A stretch of DNA of 58,359 bases, from contig JAUNMP010000004.1 in the NCBI GenBank assembly GCA_030537465.1, positions 1 to 58,359 of the forward strand, given 5' to 3'. The position numbers and the translations under genes are program-made. Below, piece after piece: positions 1-9,464 of the stretch (positions are counted from its first letter, which is position 1; each line of letters begins with the position of its first letter). Below the pieces are notes generated by a model. The model worked only from the letters and a program-made list of their open reading frames with translations. It was not told the origin of the DNA and did not search any database. The DNA comes from a bacterium (lineage in GTDB: Bacteria > Verrucomicrobiota > Kiritimatiellia > RFP12 > UBA1067).

Positions 1-6
1 GATCAA

Positions 7-40
7 CTAGACATTCTAGATAATCTAGACGATTCTAGGA
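7..40. repeat. degenerate 9-10 bp tandem repeat with CTAG core (4 units)
   Basis: ctagacatt ctagataat ctagacgatt ctagga read directly, downstream of crcB. Confidence 0.7.
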
Positions 41-73
41 TCACCACGGGGTGCGATGGCACCTTGACGCCCG

Positions 74-436
74 TCAGCGCGAAATCGCGTAGCCGAGGGC
101 CACCGCCGCGAGGCCAGCGAACACCGAAACCAGCACATACCCCGTGAGCTGCGCCCACTGTGCCCCCTCCAGCATCCGAAAAGCCTCGTTCGAGAATGTG
201 GAGAAGGTCGTGAACCCACCGCAGAACCCGACCACCGCGAAGGCACGGATCGCCGCCACGCCGTCCCCCGACCGGGACGACAGCCAGCCGGAGAGGAGTC
301 CGATCGCCAACGCCCCCACCACGTTCACGCCCAACGTCCCCCACGGGAACCCCTTCGGCGTGTTGAGCAGCAGAGAGACAAGGTAGCGGCAGACGCCACC
401 CAGCGCGCTCCCGAGCGCCACGTAGAGAACCGTCAC
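74..436 (-). CDS. crcB: fluoride efflux channel CrcB/Fluc
   Basis: 120 aa with 4 hydrophobic segments; GSALGGVCRY, FPWGTLGVN and GFCGGFTTFSTF signature. Confidence 0.95.
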   Translation of the reverse strand: MTVLYVALGSALGGVCRYLVSLLLNTPKGFPWGTLGVNVVGALAIGLLSGWLSSRSGDGVAAIRAFAVVGFCGGFTTFSTFSNEAFRMLEGAQWAQLTGYVLVSVFAGLAAVALGYAISR

Positions 437-1494
437 AGCGACACCCCCTCCAGTTCGCGGAAGGACGCGATCACCTTGTTCGCCCGCGCCGCCTCGAGCA
501 CTTCGCGCGGACTCGTGGACGTGATCGCCACCACGCGCATGCCCGCGTCGCGTGCAGCCCGGGTTCCGGCGACAGCATCCTCGAAGACCACGCAGTCCGC
601 CGGCGACACACCAATCCGCCGTGCCGTCTCGAGGAAGCAGTCCGGCGCCGGTTTTCCGCGCGCATACTGCGAGGAGTCGACAATCGCGGCAAACTCCCCG
701 CGGATGCCAAGTCCATCCAGCACGAAGTCGATGTTCTGTGGCGGCGCCCCGCTCGCGATCGCGCAGACGATGCCCTTTCGATGTGCCGCGTCGAGCAGTT
801 CGCGGACCCCCTCCGCCAGCCGCAGGTGCGGTGCATAGAGTTCACGGTAGAGGGCCTCCTTCTCGTTCTCGAGCCGCGTCAGCTCCTCATCGCCGACCGT
901 GCGCCCCAGCATATGCTCCATGTAGACCTTGTTCGGTGCCCCCGACCAGCCGACGATCACCTCGTCCGTCAGCTCGTTGCCGTATTTCCGCGAGAACTCG
1001 TGCCACGCCTGGATATGGTAGCCGATGTTGTCGATCATCGTCCCGTCGAGGTCGAAGATGTAGGCCTTCGCCTCCTTCCGCTCGCCCACGGCGTAGGTTC
1101 CCTCGAAGGCGAGACGTTCGTCAACCGTCACCTTGACCTTCGCCCAGTTGCGCGCGCCCGGCACGAGAGTCGGCTCCTCCGCGAACTCGGCCTTCGCGAA
1201 CACCTCCTCCCGAATCGGCTTTGCGTAGTGGACGCGTGCGTCGACGACGGCCACCCAGGGACGCTGGAATCCGCTCGCCCACGCCTTCTCCATCGCCAGC
1301 GTCCAGCCCGCGAGCACCATCCCAGAATAGGAGGCCCCCGCGAAAAGCGTTCCCTTGTCATTCCGGTTCGGCCCGATCGGAATCCGCACCGTCACGGTCC
1401 GCGCATCCGCGGAGACGACCTGAAGCCCCATCCCGCCCATGATCGGGATGCTCGTCGACAGGGACTCGTTCAGCTCTTCAAGGGACTCGCTCAT
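433..1494 (-). CDS. fusion of YiiD-type hotdog thioesterase and HAD-family (beta-PGM/CbbY-like) phosphatase
   Basis: N-terminal IPIMGGMG...NRNDKGTLFAG thioesterase motif; C-terminal IFDLDGT, GKPAPD and VFEDA HAD motifs. Confidence 0.85.
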   Translation of the reverse strand: MSESLEELNESLSTSIPIMGGMGLQVVSADARTVTVRIPIGPNRNDKGTLFAGASYSGMVLAGWTLAMEKAWASGFQRPWVAVVDARVHYAKPIREEVFAKAEFAEEPTLVPGARNWAKVKVTVDERLAFEGTYAVGERKEAKAYIFDLDGTMIDNIGYHIQAWHEFSRKYGNELTDEVIVGWSGAPNKVYMEHMLGRTVGDEELTRLENEKEALYRELYAPHLRLAEGVRELLDAAHRKGIVCAIASGAPPQNIDFVLDGLGIRGEFAAIVDSSQYARGKPAPDCFLETARRIGVSPADCVVFEDAVAGTRAARDAGMRVVAITSTSPREVLEAARANKVIASFRELEGVSL

Positions 1495-2336
1495 TTCAGA
1501 AACTCCTTCACGGACGCCGCGGACCGTTCTCCTGCGGCTTTTCCAAGATCGTAGACCCGCTGCATCGCCTCCGGATCGTGGCAGACGCGCGCAATCGGCA
1601 GCGGCGCCTCCGGGCAGACGAGCAGCGCCGCACCATCCGCCACACGGCGGTCGATGTATTCAAGCGTGCGATTGTACCATTCGTGCCGCGTCGCCAGCGC
1701 CCGATAGACCGCTGGATAACGACGAAGGAAGACCTTCGTCAACGCCACCTTCCAGGAGGCGAATTTGCGGTAGCCGTGCGGACGCGTCGTGACGACGACG
1801 TTGCGGTCGAACCCCATCCGCTCGAAGTACGCGAGCGGGATACCGTCCGAGAGCCCCCCGTCAAGATACTCATGCCCGCCAATCACCACGGGACGAGACA
1901 CCAGCGGCATCGAGGCGGACGCCTGGATCCAGCGGAACGCCGCCGCATCCGCCCTGTCCAGACGACGGTAGACAGGTTTCCCCGTCTCGCAGTCCGTGAC
2001 CGAGAGATGGAACTCCATCGGATTCGCCTCGTACGCGGCGACGTCGAAGGGGTCCAGCACGAACGGAATCTCGCGATAGCAGAAGTCGACGTTGAAAAGG
2101 TCGCCCGTCTTCCACAGGGAACGCCAGCTGCAGTAGCGCGGATCTTTCGCGAGACGCTTGTTGTAGCGAATCACGCGTCCTGGCTGGCGGCTCTTGTAGT
2201 TGCAGCCGAAACAGGCGCCGGCGGAGACGCCGACGACGCCATCGAATACGACGTCCGCCGCCATCCACGCGTCCATCACGCCGGCCGTGAACAGTCCGCG
2301 CATCGCACCACCCTCGAGAACCAGCCCCCGTTTCAC
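1491..2336 (-). CDS. patatin-like phospholipase
   Basis: EGGAMRG, GVSAG and DGG motifs; start moved to GTG 2336 because the longer ORF overlaps the MFS gene. Confidence 0.9.
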   Translation of the reverse strand: MKRGLVLEGGAMRGLFTAGVMDAWMAADVVFDGVVGVSAGACFGCNYKSRQPGRVIRYNKRLAKDPRYCSWRSLWKTGDLFNVDFCYREIPFVLDPFDVAAYEANPMEFHLSVTDCETGKPVYRRLDRADAAAFRWIQASASMPLVSRPVVIGGHEYLDGGLSDGIPLAYFERMGFDRNVVVTTRPHGYRKFASWKVALTKVFLRRYPAVYRALATRHEWYNRTLEYIDRRVADGAALLVCPEAPLPIARVCHDPEAMQRVYDLGKAAGERSAASVKEFLK

Positions 2337-2338
2337 CG

Positions 2339-3565
2339 TCAGGCGCCCTTCCCCGATGGTTTCGGGACCGTCAGCGCGAATGCGCTGTTCAGAAGCGCCA
2401 TCACACCCGCAGTCGCGAAGAGCGCCCCAGCGCCGTAGCGATCGAAGACCCAGCCACCGAACAGCGCGTAGAAGACGGTGATGACGTGGTTGACGGAGAT
2501 GCCCGACGAGAGCGTCGCCGTGAGCTCCTCCTGCGAATCGGAGAGTGTCCGCGCGTAGAGATTCGTCGCAATGGACGCGTTGGAGAGAATCGCGTCGAGG
2601 ATGTAGTTGACGCACACGACGGCCAGCGCGACCTTCGGCGGAAAGACATCCTTCGCGAATCCATAGAGCAGACAGACGAAGAAGAGGATGACTGTATCCC
2701 AGATCATGACGTTCCGGTAGCCCCAGCGGTCGGTGAGGCGCCCGATGAGGCGGCCGCCCCAGAGCGCCGTGAGGAACGCGCTCACGCCGAAGAGCAGCGC
2801 CACCTCCTTCGTCTCCATTCCGTAGCACTTGATCAGCACGAACGGCCCGAAGGTGAAAAACACCTGCTTGCGCGCGCCGTAGAAGAGCTCGAGCGCGTAG
2901 AACTTCGCGTATTTCCGCCGGAAGTAGAACGACGGGCGCGGCTTCCCCTGCAACCCCGGCTCCTTCACGCGTCCACCGAGGAAGACGCTCGCGCCCAGAA
3001 GCGCGATCACCAGGCAGAAGACGACGTCGTAGAGGACATGCTGGTGTTCGGCCGAAAGCGCACGCGTGCCAAGGAAGAACACCGCCGCGACGATCAGGCT
3101 GCCCGCGACGGTGCCCGCGTTGATCGCGCTCGTCACGATGCCGAGCGACTCCCCGCTCTTCCCCTCCCGCGCGATCGACAGCGCGAGGGACTGGCGCACA
3201 GGCATCACAAGGTGCTCACCCAGCGCCCAGATCGTGATGAAGACCACCGCCCCCATCCACGGCACGGGTACAAGCAGCAGTCCCGCCGCCAGCAGCGAGA
3301 TCAGCGTGCCGATGCGGAGGATCTGCCAGTCCGAGAACCGATGCAGCAGCGCGAGGATCGCGATCAGGCAGACCCCAGGCGTCTCGCGCAGGAACTCGAG
3401 CACCCCACGGTCCACGCCGCCGATTCGGTACGTCTCGACGATGAAGTTGTTGAACACCGCCTGGAAACAGCCCATGCCAACGCCCCACACGAGAATGCTC
3501 GTGAAGAACGCGGCCCACCCCGAGTCGGGACGGCACACGGACGCGAAAGACTTCAGATTGAACAT
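2339..3565 (-). CDS. MFS transporter
   Basis: 408 aa, about 12 hydrophobic segments, GRLTDRWGYR motif A. Confidence 0.9.
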   Translation of the reverse strand: MFNLKSFASVCRPDSGWAAFFTSILVWGVGMGCFQAVFNNFIVETYRIGGVDRGVLEFLRETPGVCLIAILALLHRFSDWQILRIGTLISLLAAGLLLVPVPWMGAVVFITIWALGEHLVMPVRQSLALSIAREGKSGESLGIVTSAINAGTVAGSLIVAAVFFLGTRALSAEHQHVLYDVVFCLVIALLGASVFLGGRVKEPGLQGKPRPSFYFRRKYAKFYALELFYGARKQVFFTFGPFVLIKCYGMETKEVALLFGVSAFLTALWGGRLIGRLTDRWGYRNVMIWDTVILFFVCLLYGFAKDVFPPKVALAVVCVNYILDAILSNASIATNLYARTLSDSQEELTATLSSGISVNHVITVFYALFGGWVFDRYGAGALFATAGVMALLNSAFALTVPKPSGKGA

Positions 3566-3571
3566 CTTCGA

Positions 3572-5563
3572 CTACTTCACCTTCAGTTCAAACGGCTCGG
3601 CGGGGAAGCCATCCGCATTGTAGAGATTCACCCACGGGTTCTTCGCCCAGCCATAGCGGACCGCAACTGGCGCCGGAACGCTCTTCGACGAGACCACAAC
3701 CGTCTGTCCGACGATTGTCGCCGCGTCCGCCCAGAACCACTTGCCGTCCGTCCCGCACACGGAGAATCCCTCCACCTGGGCGGACGGCGAATTGCGTTTC
3801 ACGTCACCCATCTCGTTGCGCTTCGAGCAGCGCACGTACTTCGTTCCGAGATCCTTCGCCTGGAGACCGGAACCGCAGTCGGCGAACGAAACAGCGAGCG
3901 TTCCACCCTTCGCCGCAACACCCGTCGCGTGTGGTCCGCGGAATGGAACCCTCTGTCCATAGACCTGATTCAGCGCCCAGGCAGCAAGGCGCTTCCCGGG
4001 CGTGCGCTTGTCGCGCGGATGGATGTCGCCGTCTTCGCCCGCGTCGATGAGAATCGCCTGTCCCGTCTTCGGGAGGCGCAACGTGCGCTGCTGCGCAGCA
4101 CGAAGCTCCACCCACGAGAGATCGTCGCTGTTCGGATCTGTCGCCTTTGCGCCAAGCGAGGCGAGCTGGCACCACACGAATGGCAGGTCCGGCTTCTGGA
4201 AGAGCTTCCGCCAGGACTCGATGAATCCCGTGAAGAGCGCCTCGTACGCCTGCGGACCCGACCCAGCCTCCACCACGGTCGTGTTGGACTCGCCCTGATA
4301 CCAGATCACCCCGGAGAGCCCCATCGGGACAAGCCCGGCGATCATGCCGTTGTAGAGTCCCGTGGGATAGTGCTGACGCAGACAGAACCGCTGATGCTTC
4401 GGCAGGTCCGCCCGCGCCTCCTTCGACGCCCACGGCAGCTTGTACTCTTCGGAAATCTGCCATCCCGCGTGGTCAAGGCGTTTGCCTCCGGCGAAGAAAG
4501 TCCAGAGCACGTCGAGCATGTGGTTTGCATTGAAGACGCGCACAGCCAGCTCTCCGTCCCCGCCGGGGAGCGTGTAGAGCTCCGTATTCTTGTCGATTGG
4601 ATCCTCTGGATAGTGGCACGCCACCTTCGTGCCGTTCCAGTAGACCTCAACGGACGACATGTCGAAATGCCACTGGCGCTCGATGAAGCGACGACGTGCG
4701 AACAACGGCGTCTTCGTCAACTTGCGCTTGAACCAAACGGCACCGGGGCCATGGACAAAGGAGGTGGCCTCCTTCGCGGTCAGGTTCCGCCAACCTGCCA
4801 CCGGGATGTCGCCGTGCGGGCGGTCCTCACGCTTCCACTTCCGCTCCCACGCGCGAAGGGCCGCATTGCAGCGATCCTCATAGCCGCGGTAGTCGTTCAT
4901 GAACGCGATCTGGCGCTTCAATTCGCGGTTCGCGGCGGGATTCTCCGCCATCGTCTGCGGGTCGCACCAGGCCTCGATGGTCGACGCGCCCACGGCGGAC
5001 TCGACCAGCCCCACGGGGACCTTCAACGCTGGCTGGAGATTCTTCGCGAACTGATAGCCCACCGCCGTCATGCCGAGCGTCTGGCCGGGTTCGTTCACCA
5101 GCCAGCGTCCGACGATGCGTTCCTGGAGGCCGGTCACCGCGCCGCCGCCCACCACAAAGCAGCGGATCGAAGGATTGCGCGACTTGGCCGCCTCTTCCGC
5201 GTCGTCCGCGCTGCCCTCCTTGAAGGACATGTTGGACTGTCCCGAACAGAGCCACACCTCGCCGACGAGTACGTCCTCCGCGACATAGTCGTTGATCTTC
5301 AGGTCCTGCGGCTCAGTCCCCGCATTCCGCAGATCAAGACGCACCAGCCACCTGCCCTGCGCATCCGCCACGCCGCCTGCCTGGGCTGTCCCCAGCGAAA
5401 CGGAGACCTTCTCACCCACATCGGCGAAACCGAAGACCGGCGTCTCGGCGGACCGATGCAGCACCGCATGGTCCGAGAACAGGGCCGAAGGCTCGACCTT
5501 CGCAAGCAGGGCTCCACAAAGGCCCACAGCCAGGGCCAGACACGCTTTTCCGCTTTTCATCAT
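3572..5563 (-). CDS. sialate O-acetylesterase family protein (secreted)
   Basis: signal peptide; GEVWLCSGQSNM, IWYQGESN, DIHPRDK and NLYNADGFPAEPF motifs. Confidence 0.92.
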   Translation of the reverse strand: MMKSGKACLALAVGLCGALLAKVEPSALFSDHAVLHRSAETPVFGFADVGEKVSVSLGTAQAGGVADAQGRWLVRLDLRNAGTEPQDLKINDYVAEDVLVGEVWLCSGQSNMSFKEGSADDAEEAAKSRNPSIRCFVVGGGAVTGLQERIVGRWLVNEPGQTLGMTAVGYQFAKNLQPALKVPVGLVESAVGASTIEAWCDPQTMAENPAANRELKRQIAFMNDYRGYEDRCNAALRAWERKWKREDRPHGDIPVAGWRNLTAKEATSFVHGPGAVWFKRKLTKTPLFARRRFIERQWHFDMSSVEVYWNGTKVACHYPEDPIDKNTELYTLPGGDGELAVRVFNANHMLDVLWTFFAGGKRLDHAGWQISEEYKLPWASKEARADLPKHQRFCLRQHYPTGLYNGMIAGLVPMGLSGVIWYQGESNTTVVEAGSGPQAYEALFTGFIESWRKLFQKPDLPFVWCQLASLGAKATDPNSDDLSWVELRAAQQRTLRLPKTGQAILIDAGEDGDIHPRDKRTPGKRLAAWALNQVYGQRVPFRGPHATGVAAKGGTLAVSFADCGSGLQAKDLGTKYVRCSKRNEMGDVKRNSPSAQVEGFSVCGTDGKWFWADAATIVGQTVVVSSKSVPAPVAVRYGWAKNPWVNLYNADGFPAEPFELKVK

Positions 5564-5578
5564 TCGCTCCTTGTAATC

Positions 5579-6799
5579 TTATTTCACGACCCGCCATTTC
5601 GTCGCCATCAGCACGGTCTTCGGACCCGACTTCTGGTAATACACGGTGAAGATGTCCCCATTGGGCAACAGGCAGGACGCCGGATATCCCAGATCTCCGT
5701 TCTCGGCGGGCATGAGCAGGATTTCGTTCGCGACATCCCATGTGCGTCCGCCATCGTCCGAAAGGCAGGCGAACTCGCCGAACCCCGGCTTCGCCAGACG
5801 CCGACCGTACACGCACAGCAGCTTGCCGTCGGGAAGCGGCAGGAGATGCGGCGGGAGGCCGAGCAGCGGCGTTGCCGTCATCGGCGTCCAAGTGCGGCCA
5901 TGATCCTTCGAGAACGTGATGCGCATGTAACCATTGCCAGGACGGGCGTTCTCGCCTTCGGAACCGTGGTAGCGGACCATGCCGATGAGCGTGCCGTCCG
6001 CAAGTTCCGCGACATGCGGCTCGTGGAACATGCCAGGGCGGTCTCCCTCGCCCTTCTCAGTCGCGATCTCAGGGCAGAGATAGCTCCAGGTGTGTCCGCC
6101 GTCCGTCGAACGCGAGACGGAGATGACCGTCTTGTCGAACGTGTTCCGCCCCGCGGCATTGGCATCCTTCTTCGTCCGGCGACCGATCTGCAGCAACGAT
6201 CCGTCCCTCAGCACGATGGGGCCATGCGGCGTCTGATCGCAGTCCACCAACTTCACCGGCTTCGACCAATTCACGCCGTTGTCCGTCGAGCGGATGAGAT
6301 AGTAGCCCAGGCACTCCTGGACCATCTCTGGCGGAATCTTCCCGTGGTGGCGTCCGTATTCAGGATGGCGTTTCAGAATCCCAGGTGAAGCGTAGGCTAT
6401 GGAGGTGAACCAAGTCACGATCACATCGCCGTTCGGTAATTGAACGACGCCGGCGTCGCGGTCGTCGAGGATTCCATTCGCGATCGTCACCGGCCTGCTC
6501 CAGGTTTCGCCGTCGTCCTTCGAGCGGATGATCTGGACCTTTCCGTAGGGGCACACGTGCTCGTCGCGATCGCCGGAGAACACGGCCAGCAACTCGCCGT
6601 TCTGCAGACGGCACACCGTCGGCCAGCCGAGGTAGCGTCCCTCCTCGCTGCAGATCGTCTTCGCCCACTTCACCTCCGCGCGGGACTGGTTCCGCAGCCG
6701 TGAATCCAAACCCGACGCAGGTTCTGGGACCACCTTGGTCTCGGAACCGAGATTCGCCAAAGCAGCACCAACAAGAAGTGCGAGAATTTGTATTTTCAT
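5579..6799 (-). CDS. BNR/Asp-box exo-alpha-sialidase-like protein (GH33-like fold)
   Basis: signal peptide MKIQILALL; YLGWPTV; five Asp boxes (SKDDGETW, STDNGVNW, STDGGHTW, SKDHGRTW, SDDGGRTW); DLGYP. Confidence 0.85.
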   Translation of the reverse strand: MKIQILALLVGAALANLGSETKVVPEPASGLDSRLRNQSRAEVKWAKTICSEEGRYLGWPTVCRLQNGELLAVFSGDRDEHVCPYGKVQIIRSKDDGETWSRPVTIANGILDDRDAGVVQLPNGDVIVTWFTSIAYASPGILKRHPEYGRHHGKIPPEMVQECLGYYLIRSTDNGVNWSKPVKLVDCDQTPHGPIVLRDGSLLQIGRRTKKDANAAGRNTFDKTVISVSRSTDGGHTWSYLCPEIATEKGEGDRPGMFHEPHVAELADGTLIGMVRYHGSEGENARPGNGYMRITFSKDHGRTWTPMTATPLLGLPPHLLPLPDGKLLCVYGRRLAKPGFGEFACLSDDGGRTWDVANEILLMPAENGDLGYPASCLLPNGDIFTVYYQKSGPKTVLMATKWRVVK

Positions 6800-6867
6800 G
6801 GGCAGTGTCCTTCCATCTTCCAGAATCGCCAAAGTTTAGCCATTCCCCTCCATCCCGTCAAGTTGTG

Positions 6868-6883
6868 TGCTAAACTAAATGCC
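6868..6883 (+). promoter_or_regulatory. putative extended -10 promoter (TGcTAAACT), 7 nt before ATG, leaderless-type
   Basis: tgctaaact aaatgcc atg; no SD sequence. Confidence 0.55.
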
Positions 6884-8338
6884 ATGAAAATCAGTTTCCT
6901 GAGTGCTCTCCTTCTTACGGCCACCGTCTGCGGCGTCGAACGCCGCATCGTCTTCACCGAAGACACATCCGTCTTTCGCAATCCCGGGCAGGGATGGTCC
7001 ACGATGGGCGGCGAACCTTCCCTGAAGAGATTGGAAAAGATCGTCAACATCGGCGCCGTCTATTCGCGCCTCATCTGGTCGGATCTCGAGCCAGAGGAAG
7101 ACGTCTACAATTGGAAGCCCCTCGACGATCTCTTCGCCTGTGGAGAACGGTATGGCCTTCCCGTCTCCTTCCGCATCATGTGCGTGAACCGCAGCGGGGG
7201 CCCCGAATACGACACCCCCAAGTGGGTCTTCGACAAGGGTGCCGCCCAGGATCCCTTCGAAATCGCCATCCGTCCCTGGCGGAAAACCGGCACCGCGCCT
7301 CTGACCGCGTTGCAAAAACACGCCCCCCACTTCGACGACCCCGTCTTTCTTGCCGCACATGAGAAATTCATCAAGGCGCTTGGTGCACGTTACGACGGCC
7401 ACCCTCTGCTGGCGGGCCTCGATCTCGGCAGCTACGGGGACTGGGGCGAATGGCACTGCGGTGGACTTCCGCCCAATGTCCCCGAAAAACTCGACCGTGA
7501 TGCCGAGGGGTGCATCCTCGACCCGCAGCCGAAGCGGAAACACGTCGCCGCCCGCGTCTACCCTCTTGAAACCCGAAAGCGTTATGCGAACGCCTATCTC
7601 AACGCCTTCAGGAAGACGCCGATTGTCTTCATGTCAGACGACTGGGAGGTGATGAAATACGCCATGGGTGACGGAGATCTCCCCCGTGTCGGTTTTCGCC
7701 GTGACGGCGTGGGCTCGCCTTGGCACTTCACGCGCTGGATCGGCACGGTGCCCTACACCGCCCTTCCCAACATGGGCGACGTCTGGCGGACCAGGCCCGT
7801 CTGGTTCGAGTTCTATGCCGGCGCGACCGACATGCGCAGCAGGGGTTGGAACATTCCCTATTCCATCGACTGGATGCTCACCAACCACGTGACGGTGGTC
7901 AACTCGTGCCCCTTCCGACCCGAGGGACTCAAGGCGGATGATCCGCTTCTCCCCCTCCTGCGTCGAATCGATCTCTACGCGGGTGCACGACTTGTCCCGA
8001 CGTCCGCTTCGACCAGACTGGAGAATGGCGTGCTCACCATCTCGTTGACCGGAGAGAACAAGGGCGTCGCCCCCATTCACCTTCCCTACGAGGCCGTCTA
8101 TGCATTCCAATCGACCGATGGCAGGATTGTGGCGGAGCATGTCGCCGCCTCGGACCCAACGACCTGGCTCCCGGGGTCCTTCATTCTCTCCGACAAGCTA
8201 GCGCCGCCGCCCGGCTTCGCCGAAGGGCGATTTTCGCTCACGCTGCGGCTTCGCCACAAAGGCGGGAAGCTGCGCAACTTCCGCTTCGCCGCGCTTGAGT
8301 GCGATGATACGGGAATCCTCGTACTCCAGCGAAACTGA
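6884..8338 (+). CDS. DUF4832-domain secreted putative glycoside hydrolase (GH42-like N-terminal barrel)
   Basis: signal peptide; RNPGQGW, WSDLEPEEDVYNW, ALGARYDG and GSYGDWGEWH motifs; C-terminal NKGVAP...WLPG. Confidence 0.75.
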   Translation: MKISFLSALLLTATVCGVERRIVFTEDTSVFRNPGQGWSTMGGEPSLKRLEKIVNIGAVYSRLIWSDLEPEEDVYNWKPLDDLFACGERYGLPVSFRIMCVNRSGGPEYDTPKWVFDKGAAQDPFEIAIRPWRKTGTAPLTALQKHAPHFDDPVFLAAHEKFIKALGARYDGHPLLAGLDLGSYGDWGEWHCGGLPPNVPEKLDRDAEGCILDPQPKRKHVAARVYPLETRKRYANAYLNAFRKTPIVFMSDDWEVMKYAMGDGDLPRVGFRRDGVGSPWHFTRWIGTVPYTALPNMGDVWRTRPVWFEFYAGATDMRSRGWNIPYSIDWMLTNHVTVVNSCPFRPEGLKADDPLLPLLRRIDLYAGARLVPTSASTRLENGVLTISLTGENKGVAPIHLPYEAVYAFQSTDGRIVAEHVAASDPTTWLPGSFILSDKLAPPPGFAEGRFSLTLRLRHKGGKLRNFRFAALECDDTGILVLQRN

Positions 8339-8350
8339 AACGGCGGAGGG

Positions 8351-9457
8351 CTATGCCAATCTGAAGGTCCGCGCAGGAGCGAGAGCCGCGCCGGGGAAGA
8401 ACTCCAGCGACACACCATTTGCCGCGACGTCGAGGCGGAAGTGTCCCGCGCCGCGGTTGAAGAAGTAATCCTTGACCCCCGGACGGAACAGCGCCGCGTC
8501 TTTCTCGTAGTCCACCCGTTTCTTCGCATCCATATCCGCCAAATAGAGCGTGGCGTACTTCATGGCGTCCGCGCAGATTGGCTCGGCAGTCGCGATCTCG
8601 GGAGCCTTCCAGACGGAGTTGCCCGTGAACTCGGAGAAGCCGCCGAATGAATTCTCATGCCGATAGTAGGCGATCGTGTGGGTGTGACCGGAGAGGACGA
8701 CCGCATGGCGGCGAGACAGTAGCTCGTAGAGGCGACGACGCCCCGCCTCGCAGTCCGGATGCCCCGCAAGCCGCCAGCGGAAGGAACCGCTGCTGTCGGG
8801 GCACGTGAACGGGCCATGCGTCACGAGAAAGGTGTAGCGCACGTCGGAATCCGCCTCGATGCAGGCGCAGATGGCCCCGATGTCCTTCGTCTCGAAATCG
8901 CAGAAGACCCAGAGGTCCGGACCGCGACGGAACGAGAACACGGGATACTTCGCGACACAGCCGGCCTCGCTGGAGATGAATGGCTCCGCGAACTGGAGAT
9001 ACGCCTCCCGCGCGCCCTTGCCGCGGAAATCGTGGTTGCCCATCACGGTGAGGAACGGGACGCCCTGCGGATAGGGGGTACGCAGCATCTTGATGCAGTC
9101 GTCGAGCATCTTCTTGTGCGTGGGCACGTCGTCACAGTCGCCTTGGATGATGTCCCCCAGCTGGAGCACGAAGTCGGCCCCCTTCTCGTGGGCCAGCCTC
9201 GCGCTCGCCGCCAGAAGATCCCGGCAGCGCTTCCGCCACATCTCGCCGTTGCGGCGGAATTCCTCGTGCTGGATCTTCGCCCAGCGGTTGGACTCGTCGT
9301 AGTGCGAATGGTAGACGCTCTCCGGCTCCGCGTCGAAATGCGTGTCGCCGAGGATGGAAACCGCATAACGATCGCCGCTCCGCGTACCAAGAGGCTGACA
9401 TCCGGCGAATCCGGCCAGAGCCGTCGCACCACCAATGAAATTCCGTCTCGTCAGCAT
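8351..9457 (-). CDS. Tat-exported calcineurin-like metallophosphoesterase (probable lipoprotein)
   Basis: TRRNFI twin-arginine motif and FAGC lipobox; GDTH, GDII, GNHD and GHTH motifs. Confidence 0.88.
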   Translation of the reverse strand: MLTRRNFIGGATALAGFAGCQPLGTRSGDRYAVSILGDTHFDAEPESVYHSHYDESNRWAKIQHEEFRRNGEMWRKRCRDLLAASARLAHEKGADFVLQLGDIIQGDCDDVPTHKKMLDDCIKMLRTPYPQGVPFLTVMGNHDFRGKGAREAYLQFAEPFISSEAGCVAKYPVFSFRRGPDLWVFCDFETKDIGAICACIEADSDVRYTFLVTHGPFTCPDSSGSFRWRLAGHPDCEAGRRRLYELLSRRHAVVLSGHTHTIAYYRHENSFGGFSEFTGNSVWKAPEIATAEPICADAMKYATLYLADMDAKKRVDYEKDAALFRPGVKDYFFNRGAGHFRLDVAANGVSLEFFPGAALAPARTFRLA

Positions 9458-9464
9458 GGCGACC

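Noticed and set aside
1-4. Window begins with GATC (possible Sau3AI clone end)
   Set aside because: A 4-mer is expected by chance; uninformative
1494-2340. Fluoride riboswitch upstream of crcB
   Set aside because: Genes upstream of crcB overlap or abut, leaving no leader, and I saw no matching motif
2486-6388. 1300-aa plus-strand ORF
   Set aside because: Antisense shadow of three well-supported genes; R/L/H-rich with no motifs, as expected from high-GC codon bias
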